Assembly: GCF_018350175.1 (NCBI RefSeq)
Contig: NC_058383.1
Span: 26,662,001-26,726,000, forward strand
DNA from: Felis catus
Lineage: Eukaryota
Length of the DNA stretch: 64,000 nt
Direction: 5' to 3'
Shown: piece after piece, positions 1 through 13,029 of the stretch
Layout: each line of letters starts with the position of its first letter
Position numbering within the stretch: the first letter of the stretch is position 1
The notes under the pieces: generated by a model
The model's input: only the letters and a program-made list of their open reading frames with translations
Databases searched by the model: none
Told to the model about the DNA's origin: nothing
Program-made: the position numbers and the translations under genes

Positions 1-399
1 CTGAAGCACTTTGTGTCTACGACATTGGCAGAGGCTGGAATCCACAAACCTTTGTGACCTTTAGATACAGTCGCCTTTTGTTGAGAGATTTTAGGGCAAG
101 AGGTGAAGCGATCATTCCTTGGGGCCTGAACAGTGGTAGTTATGCAATGGGATGTTGAGGATTACAGATCATGCAGAGCCAGTGCCGAGCACATGATCCT
201 GAGTGACAAGAGCACCCTCTGTTCCTTCATATGTTATTTTTTTTTTATGTATTTCTGAGATACGGGGCCAATCTTGGTAGGATCTAAGTGCACTACTGGC
301 TGGAAGGAACCTGGGGAAACAAGTCCCTGGCCTCTACCCTGGGGATCTTTAGACTCCATACAGGAATTTTCTCCAAACACAGAGTGCTCGAAAGGTGCT

Positions 400-3222
400 G
401 GGGAACCAAACATGTAGAATAGAGAAATCCAGGGCTGCGTCCCTCTCCCAGTACAACTAATGAACTGGCAAAAACTGTCAGAATCAGCTTTTGAAGAACC
501 CGGAAATCTAGTCAAAAACTGAAAACAAGGGAAAGCTTGAAGAGGGAAACTGCTGCTTTATGGTGAGAGTGCTGTGGCATTTTAAAATGGCCATAGGAAG
601 GGTGCCCAAATGTCTGGTGCTGGTTGCTAGTGCCAGAAGAAGCAATCTAGAACTTATTCTCAAGGAGTGTGGCTGTGGGTATCCAGCTGTCTGGATGGTG
701 CCTCTCTCAAGAACAGGTGGAAAGGCTTCCTATTTCTTCACTCAGGGCATCCCCAGGGCTGTCATGGCTTTCCAGGTGGCTTTTGCTGAAAGCATTTAAA
801 GGCACAGGTACTGGCCTCAGTGGCCTGGAACAACACCTGGGACAAGTAATAGACCAAGAAGCCTGGGAAAGAAGAGATTGGGACAGACCTATGTGGGAAT
901 AGAGCTTTTGGAAGCTTCTGTGTATGCCTGGGAATCAAGAAAGCCATGTGCAGACTAAGAGTGAGACACACATACTTGGCAAAGGCCTAAGAAGACTCGA
1001 AGCTTTCATGTCTTGCTGGCCTTTGGGCTCTGTGCGAGGAGGGAGTGAAGCTAAGGCAGAGTTGTAAGCAGCCAGAATAAACGTTCAAGGAATTAGCCCT
1101 GACATGGTTCCATTTTGCAAAGATACAGGAGAGTATTTTTTTCTTTCCTTAAAAAAATTCTTTCTTTTGTTTGCTGCAGGCATTTAAGGTAACTGTAAGA
1201 TACCAGCTATCTTATCCGAATAAGCTAAAGGAATGCAGAGTTCAGTGGTAAAGAGCACAGACCTCAGTACAAATAGTTGAGAAAGTCTGTAAGCAAGCTA
1301 ACACCAGCAACTCGCAATAGGCAATGGTAAACCCTGGGAGGAAGGAAAATCTGACTTCTAGAGTTGCTACATAAAATAGAAACTGTCCATGAGGCAGCCT
1401 AGATTTTGGACTTACTAGGCAAAGACTTTAAACTGTCTTAAATATGCTCAAAGAGCTCAGGGAAACCAGGAGAACAATGTCTGAGCATATAGAGAATATC
1501 AATAAAGAGGCAGGAATTTTAAAAAGGCACCAAATACGAATTTTGGAGCTGAAGAGTATAACTGAAAGGAAAAACTCATTCACTAGGGAGGCTCAGTAGC
1601 AGATTTGTGCAGGCAGAAGAAGGAATCCGTGAACTTAAAGGTAGGTCAATTGAAATTATTCAGTCTGAGAAGCAGAAGGAGAAAAGAATGAAGAAAAATG
1701 GCCAGAGCTTGAGACCTGTGGTACACCATCAAGAATACTAACATCTGTGTGAATGGGAGTCCCAGAAGGAGTAAAGACAATCAGATCAGTAGAATAGAAT
1801 GAGAGTCTAGAGACACACACACAGATACCATACATCTATGGCCAATTAATTTTGACAAGGGTACTAAAGCCATTTAATGGAGAAAGAATAGTCTCTTCAA
1901 AAAGTTATGCCGGACAACTGGGTATTCATGTGCAAAGAAAGTCGGACCTTGAGGAACACCTGGGTGGCTCAGTCAGTTAAGCGTCTGACTTCAGCTCAGG
2001 TCATGATCTCACGGTTTGAGTTTGAGCCCCACATTGGGGCTTGGACCTTGAACTCACATCATATACAAAAATGAATTCAAAATGAATCAAAGATCTAAAG
2101 GTAAGAGCTAAAATGAAAGAAAACTCTTGGAAGAAAATACGGTAAGTTTTCATGACTTTGACTTTGGCAATGGATTTTTAGATATGACCCCAAAAGCACA
2201 GGCAGCAGTAACAACAACAAAATAGATACATGGGACAATATCACAATTTAAAACTTTTCTGCATCAAAGGACACTGTCAAGAAAGTGAAAAGACCTCTTA
2301 CAGAATGGGAAAAAATACTGCAGACTCATGTATCTGATTAGCACGTAGTGTCCAGAATATATAATGGACTCTTATAGCTCAACAACAAAAAGACTAGGTG
2401 ATTAAAAAATGGGCAGAGGATTTGAATACACATTTCTGTGAAAGAGATATACAAATGGCCAACAAGCACATGAAACAAGATGCTCAGCATCGTTAACTGT
2501 GAGGGAAATGCCAGTCCAAACACGACAAGATACCACTTCACAATAGGATGGCTATAAAGAAAGAAAAAAAGCAACAGGTGTCGGTGAGAATCTGAGGAAA
2601 TTGGAACCCTCAGACAATGCTGGTGGGAATATGCAATGGTGCAGCCACTGTGGGAAGCAGTTTGGAAATTGCTCAACAAGTTAAAATCCGAATTACTGTA
2701 TGCCCCAGCAATCACTCTAATGTACATACTCTGAGGTATATTTTTTGTATATATACAAAGGATTGGAAACATGTATTTAAACAAATGCTTGTATAAAATG
2801 TTCATACACTGTTGGCAATAGAGCCAACTTGTGGGAACAACTCAAATGTCCGTGGCATGATAAACAATCTGAAGTGATAGCGGACTATCACTTCTGCCAT
2901 AAAAAGGAAGGAAGCGCTGATACAGGCTGTAATGTGGATGAACCTCAAAAACATGCCAAGTGAGAGAAGCCAGACACAAAAGGTCATATATTGTATTGGT
3001 GCACGTATATGAATCATCCAGAATAGGTAAATCTGGGAAGAGGGGGGAACGGGATGCCTGCTTAATGGGTATGGTATTTCATTCGTGGATATGAATATGT
3101 TTTGGAACATGGAAGGGGTGATGGTTTTACAACTTTGTGAATGTGCTAAACGCCACTGAATTGTACGCTTTAAAATGGTTAATTTTATGTTCTGTGAATT
3201 TTACCTCAATGAAAAAATAAAA
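400..3222 (+). mobile_element. Ancient L1 (L1M/L1MB-like): 5'UTR, partial ORF1, ORF2 C-terminus and 3'UTR, with a large internal deletion
   Basis: ORF1-like A-rich sequence 1380-1770 (..ggagtcccagaagga) joins directly to late-ORF2-like sequence (agatcagtagaatagaatgagagtctag..tttgacaagg). An L1MB-type 3' end (ccactgaattgtacgctttaaaatggttaattttatg..tacctcaat) precedes an A-tail at about 3212-3222. 5' boundary approximate. Confidence 0.8.
1953..2042 (+). mobile_element. 3'-truncated CanSINE head without CT tract or A tail
   Basis: ggaacacctgggtggctcagtcagttaagcgtctgacttcagctcaggtcatgatctc; flanked by the direct repeat ggaccttga (1944-1952 and 2043-2051). Confidence 0.85.
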
Positions 3223-4727
3223 AGAGGTGCTACACAGCCTGAAAATGTGATGGATGTCTACCACCCTGCCTCGAACAGCAGTGAGGTCTGTGCTGTTTTT
3301 GGAAGTGGCGTTTTTTACAGGTATATTTGGGGTTCCCTCTTAGTGGGATTTAAACGTGTCTTCGTATGTCTGATAAGTGGGGGTGGGGCGGTGAGACCGT
3401 CAGAGGCCTAGGAAAGAACCACATGGCCCTGTTAATCCAAGAAAAGGGGTGTTTCTGAGTTTGGCCTTGTCATTCGGTGCAGTCTGTGTTGGGGACATTC
3501 CCAGATCTGTTCCTGGACAGAAGGGTTGAATGTAAACTTTGCAAGTCTGTTATTCTAAAATTCATAAGCCCCATTTGGGAGCCGTCTCACAGAGTATAAG
3601 ACACAGAAGAGGAGACAGTCATTCTCTCCCAGGTTGCTGTGGAACTTACCCATGAAGGTCCTCAGGACATTGGAGGCAGCCCCTCGTGGAACAGATGCTT
3701 CCTCATGGAGCAGGGCTCCTTTGTGACCCCACGTAAGGCAGCACCTGGGGACCCCCAGAAATACTTCAGAGCACTTTGCAGAAAGTGTAGACCCCCGGGA
3801 GCCAGTAGGGCACTGGGCCAGTGAAATGATGAGTTATTGTTATTTCAGGGTACATGGACATTACATCCTGAGGTGACAAGAAGTGTTTGTTGTATTACAG
3901 GGATTATTTTAAATGGGGCAGAAACCGCTCCTGTCAGCACACATGGAATCTTGAACTTGGTACAGTGCCTTGCACAGTGAAGGCCCTCAAGAAACCTATT
4001 TTTTTGGCTGTCCTGAATTGTCTATTAGGTCATTATTTTACAAACATTACTCATATTAACAGGGATGGTGGAGCTGGGGAGTACTGCGTCTTCTCCATGG
4101 CCTCTGCGAGAAACCAGTAGTGTGGTGGGACTTGTGACCCTTTCCAAGGCCATGGCTCTTGAGGCCTGCGGCTTGCTGTCAGTCCTCCCAGCTCCCTGTG
4201 CTTGTGGGCTGGTTTGGTGATCCACTGGGAGTCAGGATTTCCTCTGATCACTTTACGGAACGGATCAGTGAGGATAACAACTTCATGGAATCTTCGCCAA
4301 CCCGGTAAAAGGACTCCGGACTCTCAGAGCCCCACATTGGCATCCGGCTTGTACCTCTGCAACAGAATGAAGGCTTCAGGCAAACTTTAGCTGGTTAACC
4401 CCATGATGGACGGGCTTGCCGTAGGTCACACTATTAGGAACTGGGCCATCACGCTGCACAGAGGTCCGATACATGACATGACCTTGCTTGGCCTTGTACC
4501 CCAGTCTGCGCGCTTTTACCGGGTTGTGTTGTGGCGGGGGGGGGCGGTGGGCAAGGAGAGCAGAGCTGGCAATACTGCCTGCAGCACAGCCTGAGAAGAA
4601 AGCGCGTTACGCCCGACTGCTTCTTCCTCTGTATCTGCTGGATGTGCTTCTAAGCACCCATTTTGGGCTTATCCTGGAGCTGATGGCTTATGCTTCCGCC
4701 AGAAGGAAAGCAAGAAGCATTTTTTGA

Positions 4728-4907
4728 GGGGCGCCTGGGTGGCTCAGTTGGTTAAGTGACTTCGGCTCAGGTCATGATCTCTCGGTTCGTGCGTTCAAGC
4801 CCCGCATCGCTAGCAGCACGGAGACTGGGACTCTCACTCTAGCCTCTCTGCCCCTTACCCACTTGTGCTTTCTCTCTCTCAAAATAAATGAATAAACTTA
4901 AAAAATT
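4728..4907 (+). mobile_element. CanSINE (SINEC_Fc-like)
   Basis: ggggcgcctgggtggctcag head, CT-rich segment, aaaataaatgaataaa tail. Confidence 0.9.
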
Positions 4908-4914
4908 TTAAATA

Positions 4915-6811
4915 TATATTTTTTATTTTTTTAATTTTACTTTTTATTTATATTTTAAAATATAATTTACTGTCAAGTTAGCTAACATGCAGTGTATACA
5001 GTGTGCTCTTGGTTTCGGGGGTGGAGTCCCGTGATTCATCGCTTACGTACAATACCCAGTGCTCATCCCAACAGGTGCCCTCAATGCCTGTCACCCATTT
5101 TCCCCTCTCCCCTGCACCTACCCCCCTTCAACCCTGTTTATTCTCTATATTTAAGAGTCTCTTATGAGTTTTCCTCCCTCTCTGTTTGAAACTTTTTTCC
5201 CCTTCTCTTCCCCCATGGTCTTCTGTTAAGTTTCTCAGGTTCCACATACGAGTGAAAATATGATGTCTGTCTTTCTCTGACTGACTTATTTCAGTTAGCA
5301 TAATACCCTCCAGTTCCATCCACGTTGTTGCAAATGGCAGGATTTCATTCTTTCTCATCGCCAAGTAATATTCTCTTGTATACATAAAACACATCTTTAT
5401 CCATACATCCGTTGATGGACTTTTGGGCTCTTTCTGTGATTTGGCTGTTGTTGAAAGCACTGCTATAAACTTTGGGCTACATGTGCACCTATGCATCAGC
5501 GCTCCTGTATCCCTTGGGTAAATTCCTAGCAGGGCTATTGCTGGGTCATAGGTAGTTCTATTTTTAATTTTTTGAGGAACCTCCACACTGTTTTCCAGAG
5601 TGGCAGCACCAGTTTGCATTCCCACCAACAGTGCAAAAGAGTTCCCCTTTCTCCACATCCTCACCAACATCTATTGTTTCCTGAGTTGTTAATTTTAGCC
5701 ACTCTGACTGGTGTGAGGTGGTATCTCAATGTGGCCTAATGATGAGTGATGTTGATCATCTTTTCCTGTGTCTGTTGACCATCTGGATGTCTTCTTTGGA
5801 AAAATGTCTTCTCATGTCTTCTGCCCATTTCTTCACTGGTTATTTGTTTTTTGGGTATTGAGTTTGGTAAGTTCTTTATAGATTTTGGATACTAACCCTT
5901 TATCTGATATGTCGTTTGCAAATATCTTCTCCATTCCACCGGTTGCCTTTTGGTTTTGTTGTTTCCTTTGCAGTACAGAAGGTTTTTATCTTGATGAGGT
6001 CTCAATAGTTGATTTTTGCTTTTATTTCCCTTGCCGTCAGAGACGTGTCAAGTAAGAAGTTGCTGCGGCTGAGGTCAAAGAGGTTATTGCTTATTTTCTC
6101 CTCTAGGGTTTTGATGGCTTCCTGTCTCACATTTAGGTCTTTCATCTATTTTGAGTTTATTTTTGTGTATGGTGTAAGGAAGTGGTCCAGGTTCATTTTT
6201 CTGCCTGTCATTGTCCAAGTCTCCCAGCACCGTTTGCTAAAAAGACTGTCTTTTTTTCCATTAAATATTCTTTCCTGCTTTGTGAAAGATTAGTTGGCCA
6301 TATATTTGTGGGTCCAATTCTGGGTTCTCTGTTCTATTCCATTGACCTATGTGTCTGTTTTTGTGCCAATACCATACTGTCTTAATGATTACAGCTTTGT
6401 AGTAGAGGCTAACGTCTGGGATTGTGATCCCTCCCACTTTGGTTTTCTTTTTCAACATTACTTTGGCTATTCAGGGTCTTTTGTGGTTCCATATAAATTT
6501 TAGGATTGTTTGTTCTAGCTTGGAGAAGAATGCTGGTGCAATTTTGATTGGGATTGCATTGAATGTGTAGATAGCTTTGGGTAGTATTGACATTTTAACA
6601 ATATTTGTTCTTCCAACCCATGAGCATGAAATGTTTTACCATATTTTTGTGTCTCCTTCAATTTCTTTCATAAGTTTTCAGCATGCAGATCTTTTACATC
6701 TTTGGTTAGGCTTATTCCTAGGTATTTTATGGTTCTCCATGCAATTGTAAATGGGATCTCTTTCTTGATTTCTCTTTCTGTTGCTTCATTATTGGTGTAT
6801 AGAAATGGAAC
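4915..6811 (-). mobile_element. 5'-truncated carnivore/felid L1 (ORF2 C-terminal part + 3'UTR)
   Basis: Minus-strand translations give L1 ORF2 motifs ([56 protein letters not shown]); T-rich tail at the left end; reading frame broken. Confidence 0.95.
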
Positions 6812-7601
6812 GGATAAGGACTATTTTTTTGAATAAGGAAATTCTATTATATTGTGTAAGGTCTTTTTAACAGCCAGCATTTCTTTTTTTCTCCTTTGTG
6901 GAGGGGAACATGAGGAATGGCATAGAAGAAAAATGAACCCAAAGTCTTGAATCACCAGCCAACATTTTCTTCTTTCCTTCCTGCACTAAAGATAAAGGCC
7001 TCTTTTGGGTCTGTGAGGATGGGAATGTGTTTAGAACAAGTGTATACATGTGTGGTGACACTGAGGAGTGGTGCCTGATGTGTTCTGTCTGGCTGTTAAA
7101 GTAATAACATGGGCCAGTTTGAATGGGGCTGCACGTCGGTATCCTCTTAGTAAAGAGTACAGTATGGCACAGGGAGAACTGCGGAGAGCCCCCGAGGGTG
7201 CGCAGCGTCAGCCAGGCAGGTTGTGGTGTGGGCAGGGGTGTGGGTGCCCAGGGAGAGGAAGTTTGTTTCCACCTGTGCTTCCAGCAGATTGCTCTCAAAG
7301 CAGAGAGAAGATGTAGTGTCCCCACTTCCTGAGGCATCCAAAGGGCAGGCTTGTAGAATGTAACTTAGCTGCTACGTGAGTGGGAATGTTGGGGAGGGCA
7401 GGACTTGACAGCCTGACAGTGGGACAGACCTGTGGGGGAACAGCTTAGCCTTTTTACCTTCGAGCTTTGGTTCTCTTGCCTGTGAAAAGGCATGACGATG
7501 ATGATAGCCATACTTGTAATCTACGTACTCTGTTCCAGACACTGTGTAGTAACTCATCTAATTTTCATGTATTATGGGGTAGTTACTATTATTATACACA
7601 G

Positions 7602-7826
7602 TTTTTTTCTTTCTAGTTAAAAAAAAAATGATTATTTTGAGAGAGAGAGAGAGAGAAAGCGTGTGTGCATGTGAGCCGTGGAGGGGCAGAGAGGGAGAGA
7701 GAGAACCCCAAGCAGGCTCCAAGATGTCAGCATAGAACCCAACGGGGGGCTCGATCCTGTAAACCTTGAGATCATGACCTGAGCTGAAATCCTGATGCTT
7801 AACCGACTGAGCCACTCAGGCACCCC
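7602..7826 (-). mobile_element. CanSINE, next to a short L1 3'-end fragment (about 7827-7888), within a MIR
   Basis: (GA)n tract followed by the reverse complement of the SINE head (ccgactgagccactcaggcacccc). Confidence 0.85.
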
Positions 7827-8862
7827 TTGTTTCAAGTTTGTATTTAAATTCCAGTCCATTAACATATAGGATAATATTTGTTTCAGGTATTACACACATT
7901 TTATAGGTGGAGGCACAGAAAAGGCAAGACACTTGGTCATCTAGTTAGTATCTGGTGGAGGCAGATACAGAGCTTGGCCACTATCTTAACCACCACACTG
8001 GCTTCATGGGCTCATTGTAAGGGTTAAATGAGTGGACATAGGAAGTGCTTAGTATAGAGTCTGGAACAGATGAGTGTTCAGAAAATCCTAACAGTTGTTA
8101 GAATCAGAACCCAAACATGCATGTGAGGCTTTCTCCAGCTCTCATGCCCACCACTTCTAAAGGAGAGTGGGGAAAGCCATGTTTTGCAACTACCTGTTGA
8201 ACTGGAGGATCTTAGAACAAACACGAACATCTTTGTTTTTGTGAAGGGAGCATTTGCTCAAGCCTTTCCTCATTCCGCCCCAGCCCCAATTGGGTGAGTT
8301 GACCTTACCCTCTGCCCCTCAGTCCCTGTGTTTCGTCCCCACTGGAGCATTTGTGTAAGTGCCTGGTCAAGAGCCAGGCTCTTCTGTTAGCCCTTAAAGG
8401 ATCTGAGAGGTTCACAGGAGAACATACAGGATGTGTAGCTGGTTCTCTGCACATGATTCCAAGGGGCTCTCCAGTAGAGACTGGGAAATGTGGGCAGCCC
8501 CCTCCTCAACCCATTCTGCAAGTCTGCTTGTTAGAGCAAAATCCAGATGTCAGAGATTTTGATTTTCTTTGTTTCTTTCCCATGAAATAGAATGTGGGTC
8601 TGCCGTTGGAGGGAAGAATCTAGTGATTCATATTTTCTGCTTATTTGGATCCTGGCTGAATGGGAATTTGCATTACTGAATGTCTGGCTTTTTCCCTGGG
8701 AATCAAAATAAGTTTCCTATTCACTTATTAAGCAAATTTCACAGCTAAATAATCCTCTTATTTTTACAAGTGGGATTTTCCTTGGTGGAGGGTGTCTGGA
8801 TTCTCTCAGTAGTTGATCCCTCTCACGTCTTCCCTTTCCACTGTCCTTGTTTGTCTGTGCAG

Positions 8863-8936
8863 GCTGTTAAGCTTTCATTCTTGGATTAGGAGCCTCTAAA
8901 TGGCAGTTTGGGAGCCTTTGACCTTGCAAACCAGGG
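8863..8936 (+). other. Candidate non-coding exon (74 nt)
   Basis: Branch-like ctcac near 8822, pyrimidine tract cttccctttccactgtccttgtttgtctgtgcAG, donor GGG|gtgaat; stops in all three frames. Confidence 0.2.
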
Positions 8937-9893
8937 GTGAATTCTTGAATTCTATCCACCAACTGTGGGATGAGAGTTTAGGCCTCCTCTTTGTTCTTCC
9001 ATTTATCAGCTTTGGACAAGGTCAGATAAGCCACATCTTTAGCAGAGCTTAGTTGGGCCTGGAGTCAGTGAACAAAAAATATGAAGGGAACAGAGCAGTG
9101 TGTATAGTCCAGTGTGCTCTGCCTGGGCTAATCAGGAAAAACAAGCAAACAAACAAGAAACCTCTGCTGCCTTTGAGATGGCATTTAAACCAGGCTTGTT
9201 GAAAGGCCATGTCTGGGAAGCCCACAGATTAGGTTCATTTAATTCTCTTTCCATTCTGTCCCATCAGAATGTAGGCTTCTTGAGGGCAACTCAGCCAGCT
9301 ATCCTTCTTTTCCTTCATTTCTCCTCTTATGCCATCATCTATGCAACGTGATCATTTGATATATGTTCCTGAGGCCCTGACAGTCACTGTTGTTCTCTTC
9401 TCTTTGTTTCCATGAGTTTGACTTTTTTTTTTTTTTTTTTTTGGTTTCACATATAAGTGATACCATACAGAGTTTATCTTTCTCTGTCTGGCTTACCACA
9501 ATGCTCTCCAGGTTCACGCGTACTCTTGTGTATGATAGCATTTTCTTCTTTTTAATGGCTAAATTGTATTCCATTATTTATACATACATATTGCATTTTA
9601 AAAATCCATTCATCCGTTGATGGATACTTATGTTGTTTCCGTATCTTGGCTACTGTGAATAATGGTGCAGTGAATGTGGGAGCGTAGATACCTTTTCCAG
9701 ATAATGATTTCCTTTCCTTTGGATATATAGCCAGAAGTGGGATTGCTAGATCATATAAGTTCTACTTTTAATTTTTTGAGAAACCTCCATACCATTTTCC
9801 ATAATGATTGTACTAGTTTAAGTCTTGCTAATAGTGTACAAGGTTACACTTTCCTCCGTGTTCTCACCAACATTTGTCCTCTTTTCTGTTTTT

Positions 9894-10529
9894 TTTTAAC
9901 TTGTTTTATTTTTTATTTTTTAAAATTTACATCCAAATTAGTTAGCATTAGTGCAACAATGATTTCAGGAGTAGATTCCTTAGGGCCCCTGACCCATTTA
10001 GCCCATTCCCCCTCCCAAAACCCCTCCCATAACCCTCAATTTGGTCTCCATATTTATGAGTCTCTTTTGTTTTGTCCCCCTCCCTGTTTTTATATTATTT
10101 TTGTTTCCCTTCCCTTACGTTCATCTCTTTTGTCTCTTACAGTCCTCATATGAGTGAAGTCATACGATTTTTGTCTTTCTCTGACTAATTTCAGTTAGCA
10201 TAATACCCTCCAGTTCCATCCACATAGCTGCAAATGGCAAGATTTCATTCTTTTTGATTGCTGAATAATACTCCATTGTATATATATACCACATCTTCTT
10301 TATCCATTCATCCATTGATGGACATTTGGGCTCTTTCCATACTTTGGCTATTGTTGATAGTGCTGCTATAAACATGGGGGTGCATGTGTCCTTTCGAAAC
10401 AGCACACCTGTATTCCGTGGATAAATGTCTAGTAGTGCCATTGCTGGGTCGTAGGGTAGTTCTGTTTTTAGTTTTTTGAGGAACCTCCATACTGTTTTCT
10501 AGAGTGGCTGCACCAGCTTGCATTCCCAT
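9894..10529 (-). mobile_element. Younger felid L1 3' fragment nested in the older L1
   Basis: ORF 10160-10441 reads CTPMFIAALSTIAKVWKEPKCPS..EILPFAAMWMELEGIML; TSD tcttttct(g/c)ttttt at 9880-9893 and 10530-10543, followed by ga (TTTT/GA endonuclease site). Confidence 0.9.
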
Positions 10530-12844
10530 TCTTTTCTCTTTTTGATAACAGCAGCCATTCTGACAGGTGTGAGGTGATATCTCAGTGTGATTTTGATTTG
10601 CATTTCCCTGGTGATGAGTGAATGTGATGTTGAACACATTTTCACATACCTGTTGGCTATTTGTATGTCTCCTTTGAAAACTGTCTATGTAGAAAAAAAT
10701 GTCTATATAGATCCTTTGCCCATTTTAAAATCAGATTGTTTTTTTTCTATTGAGTTTATGAGCTCCTTATATATTTTAGATGTTAACCCCTTATCAGATA
10801 GAATAGTTTGCGAATATTTTCTCCCATTCTTTAGATTGCCTTTCCATTTGTTGATTGTTTCCTTTGCTGTGCAGAAGCTGTTTAGTTAGATGTAGTTCCG
10901 CTTGTTTGTTTTTGCTTTTTTTGCTTATGTCTTTGGTGTCATAGCCAAGAAAATCACTGCCAAGACTAATGTCAAGGAGATTTTTCGGTATATTTTCATC
11001 AAGGAGTTTAACAGTTTTAGGGCTTACATTTAAGTCTTTAAATCATTTCAAGTTAATTTTTGTGAGTAAAGAGTCCAGTTTCATTCTTCTGCATGTAGCT
11101 ACCCAGTTTTCCCCAAACCCTCTCCCATTGTGTGTTCTTGGGCACCATTGTCAAAGATTAGTTGACTGTATATGTGGGCTCTTTATTCTTTTCCATTGAT
11201 CTTGTGTTTGTTTTAAGGCCAGCACCATTCTATTTTGATAGCTTTGCATTAGAGTTTGAAATTGGGAAGTGTGATGCCTCCAGCTTTGCTATTTTTCAAG
11301 ATTGCTTTAGCTATTCAGGATCTTCTGTGGTTCTCTACACATTTTTGAATTTTTTTTTTTTTTCTGTGAAAAGCATCTTTGGAGTTTTGATAGAGATTTC
11401 ATCAAATCTTTAGATTGCTTTGGGTAGTATGGACATTTTTTTTTTTTTTTTTGATATTTTGACAATATTAAATCTTCCAATCCATGAACATGGGATACCT
11501 TTCCATTAATTTGTGACTTCTTCACTTTCTTTCATTATTGTCTTATAATTTTCCGTGTCACTGGTCTTTCACCTCCTTGGTGGAATATATTCCTGAGTAT
11601 GTTATTATTTTGCTGCTATTGTAAATGAGATTGCTTTCTTAATTTCTCTTTCAAATAGTTTGTTGTTAGGGTATAGAATGCAATTGATTTTTGTGTATTG
11701 ATTTTGTATCCTGTAACTTTTACTGAATTCATTTATTCTAACAGGTTTTTGGTGAGTTTTTAGGGTTATCTATATATTATATCATGTTATCTGCAGACAG
11801 AGACAATTTTTTTTGTTTCTGATTTGGATGACTTTTATTTCTTCTTGTCTAATTGCTCTGGCTGCAACTTCCAGTACTATATTGAATAGGAGTCATGAGA
11901 GTGGCATCCTTGTTTCATTCCTAACCTTAGAGGAAAAGCTTTTGAGTATGATATTAGCTGTAGACTTGTCATATATAGCCTTTATTATGTTGATGTACAT
12001 TTCTTCTATACCCAATCTGTTGAGAGTTTTTATCATGAAAGAATGTTGAATGCTTTTAATACATCTATTGAGGTGATCATATGATTTTTTTTCTTCATTC
12101 TGTTAATGTGGTATATCTCATTTATTAACCTGTGTATGTTGAACCATCCTTGCAGGCTAGGGATGCATCCACTTGATCGTAGTGTATGATCCTTGTAATG
12201 TGCTGTTGAATTTGATTTGCTTATATTTCAATGAGGATTTTTGCATCTATTCTTATCAGGGATATTGGTGTGTGATTTTCTTTTCTTGTGGTGTCCTTGT
12301 CTGGTTTTGGTATCAGGGTCATGCTGGCCTTGAAAATAATTTTGAAAGTATTTCCTTCTCTTCAACTTTTTGGAAGAGTTTAAGGAGAATTGGTGTTAAT
12401 TCTCTAAGTTCCTGGTAGAATTTGCTATTGAAGCCATCTGGGCCTGAACTTTTCTTTGGTGAGAGATTTTTGATTACTGGTCAGTCTCCTTACTACTGAC
12501 AGATCTGTTCAGATTTTCTATTTCTTCATGGTTCAGTTGTGGTAGATTGTGTATTTCTAGGAATGTATCTATTTCTTCTAGTTTACCCCGTTTTTTGGCA
12601 TATAAATGTTCATGGTAGTCTCTTTGATCCCTTCTATTTCTGTGTTACCGTCTCTTTCATTTATGACTTTATTTATTTGATTTATCTCTTGCTTTTTCTT
12701 AATCTTCTTTTTCTAGTTGTTTGAGTTGTAAACTTGTTTGAGGTTGTTCCTTTTTCTTAATGTAGGCGTTTAATCGGAACTGCTTTTGTTGAATCCCGTA
12801 AGTTTTGGTATGTTGCATTTCCATTTTTGTTTCACGATTTTTTT

Positions 12845-12876
12845 TCTTTTCTTTTTTTTAAGTTTGTTTGTTTGAT

Positions 12877-12931
<55 letters not shown>

Positions 12932-13008
12932 TATAATCTCTACATCCAACTCACAACCCTAAGATCAGGATCAACATGCTCCTCTGGCTGAGCCAGCCAG
13001 GCACCCCA
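12845..13008 (-). mobile_element. Short older CanSINE with a (TTTA)n tail microsatellite
   Basis: (TTTA)n at about 12876-12931; ends ggctgagccagccaggcacccc. Confidence 0.8.
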
Positions 13009-13029
13009 TAAGTTTAGTTTTTATAATTT

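Noticed and set aside
4480..4625. CpG/G-rich patch as a CpG-island promoter
   Set aside because: Too short and CpG-sparse; there is no true CpG island anywhere in the window.
4728..4810. tRNA-like A/B-box sequences at SINE heads
   Set aside because: tRNA-derived CanSINE heads followed by a CT tract and A tail; not tRNA genes.
5128..5670. 180-aa ORF, the longest non-low-complexity ORF (likewise 6261-6458, 10160-10441, 44898-45224)
   Set aside because: Frameshifted remnants of the L1 ORF2 C-terminus in 5'-truncated copies; not host genes or intact L1s.
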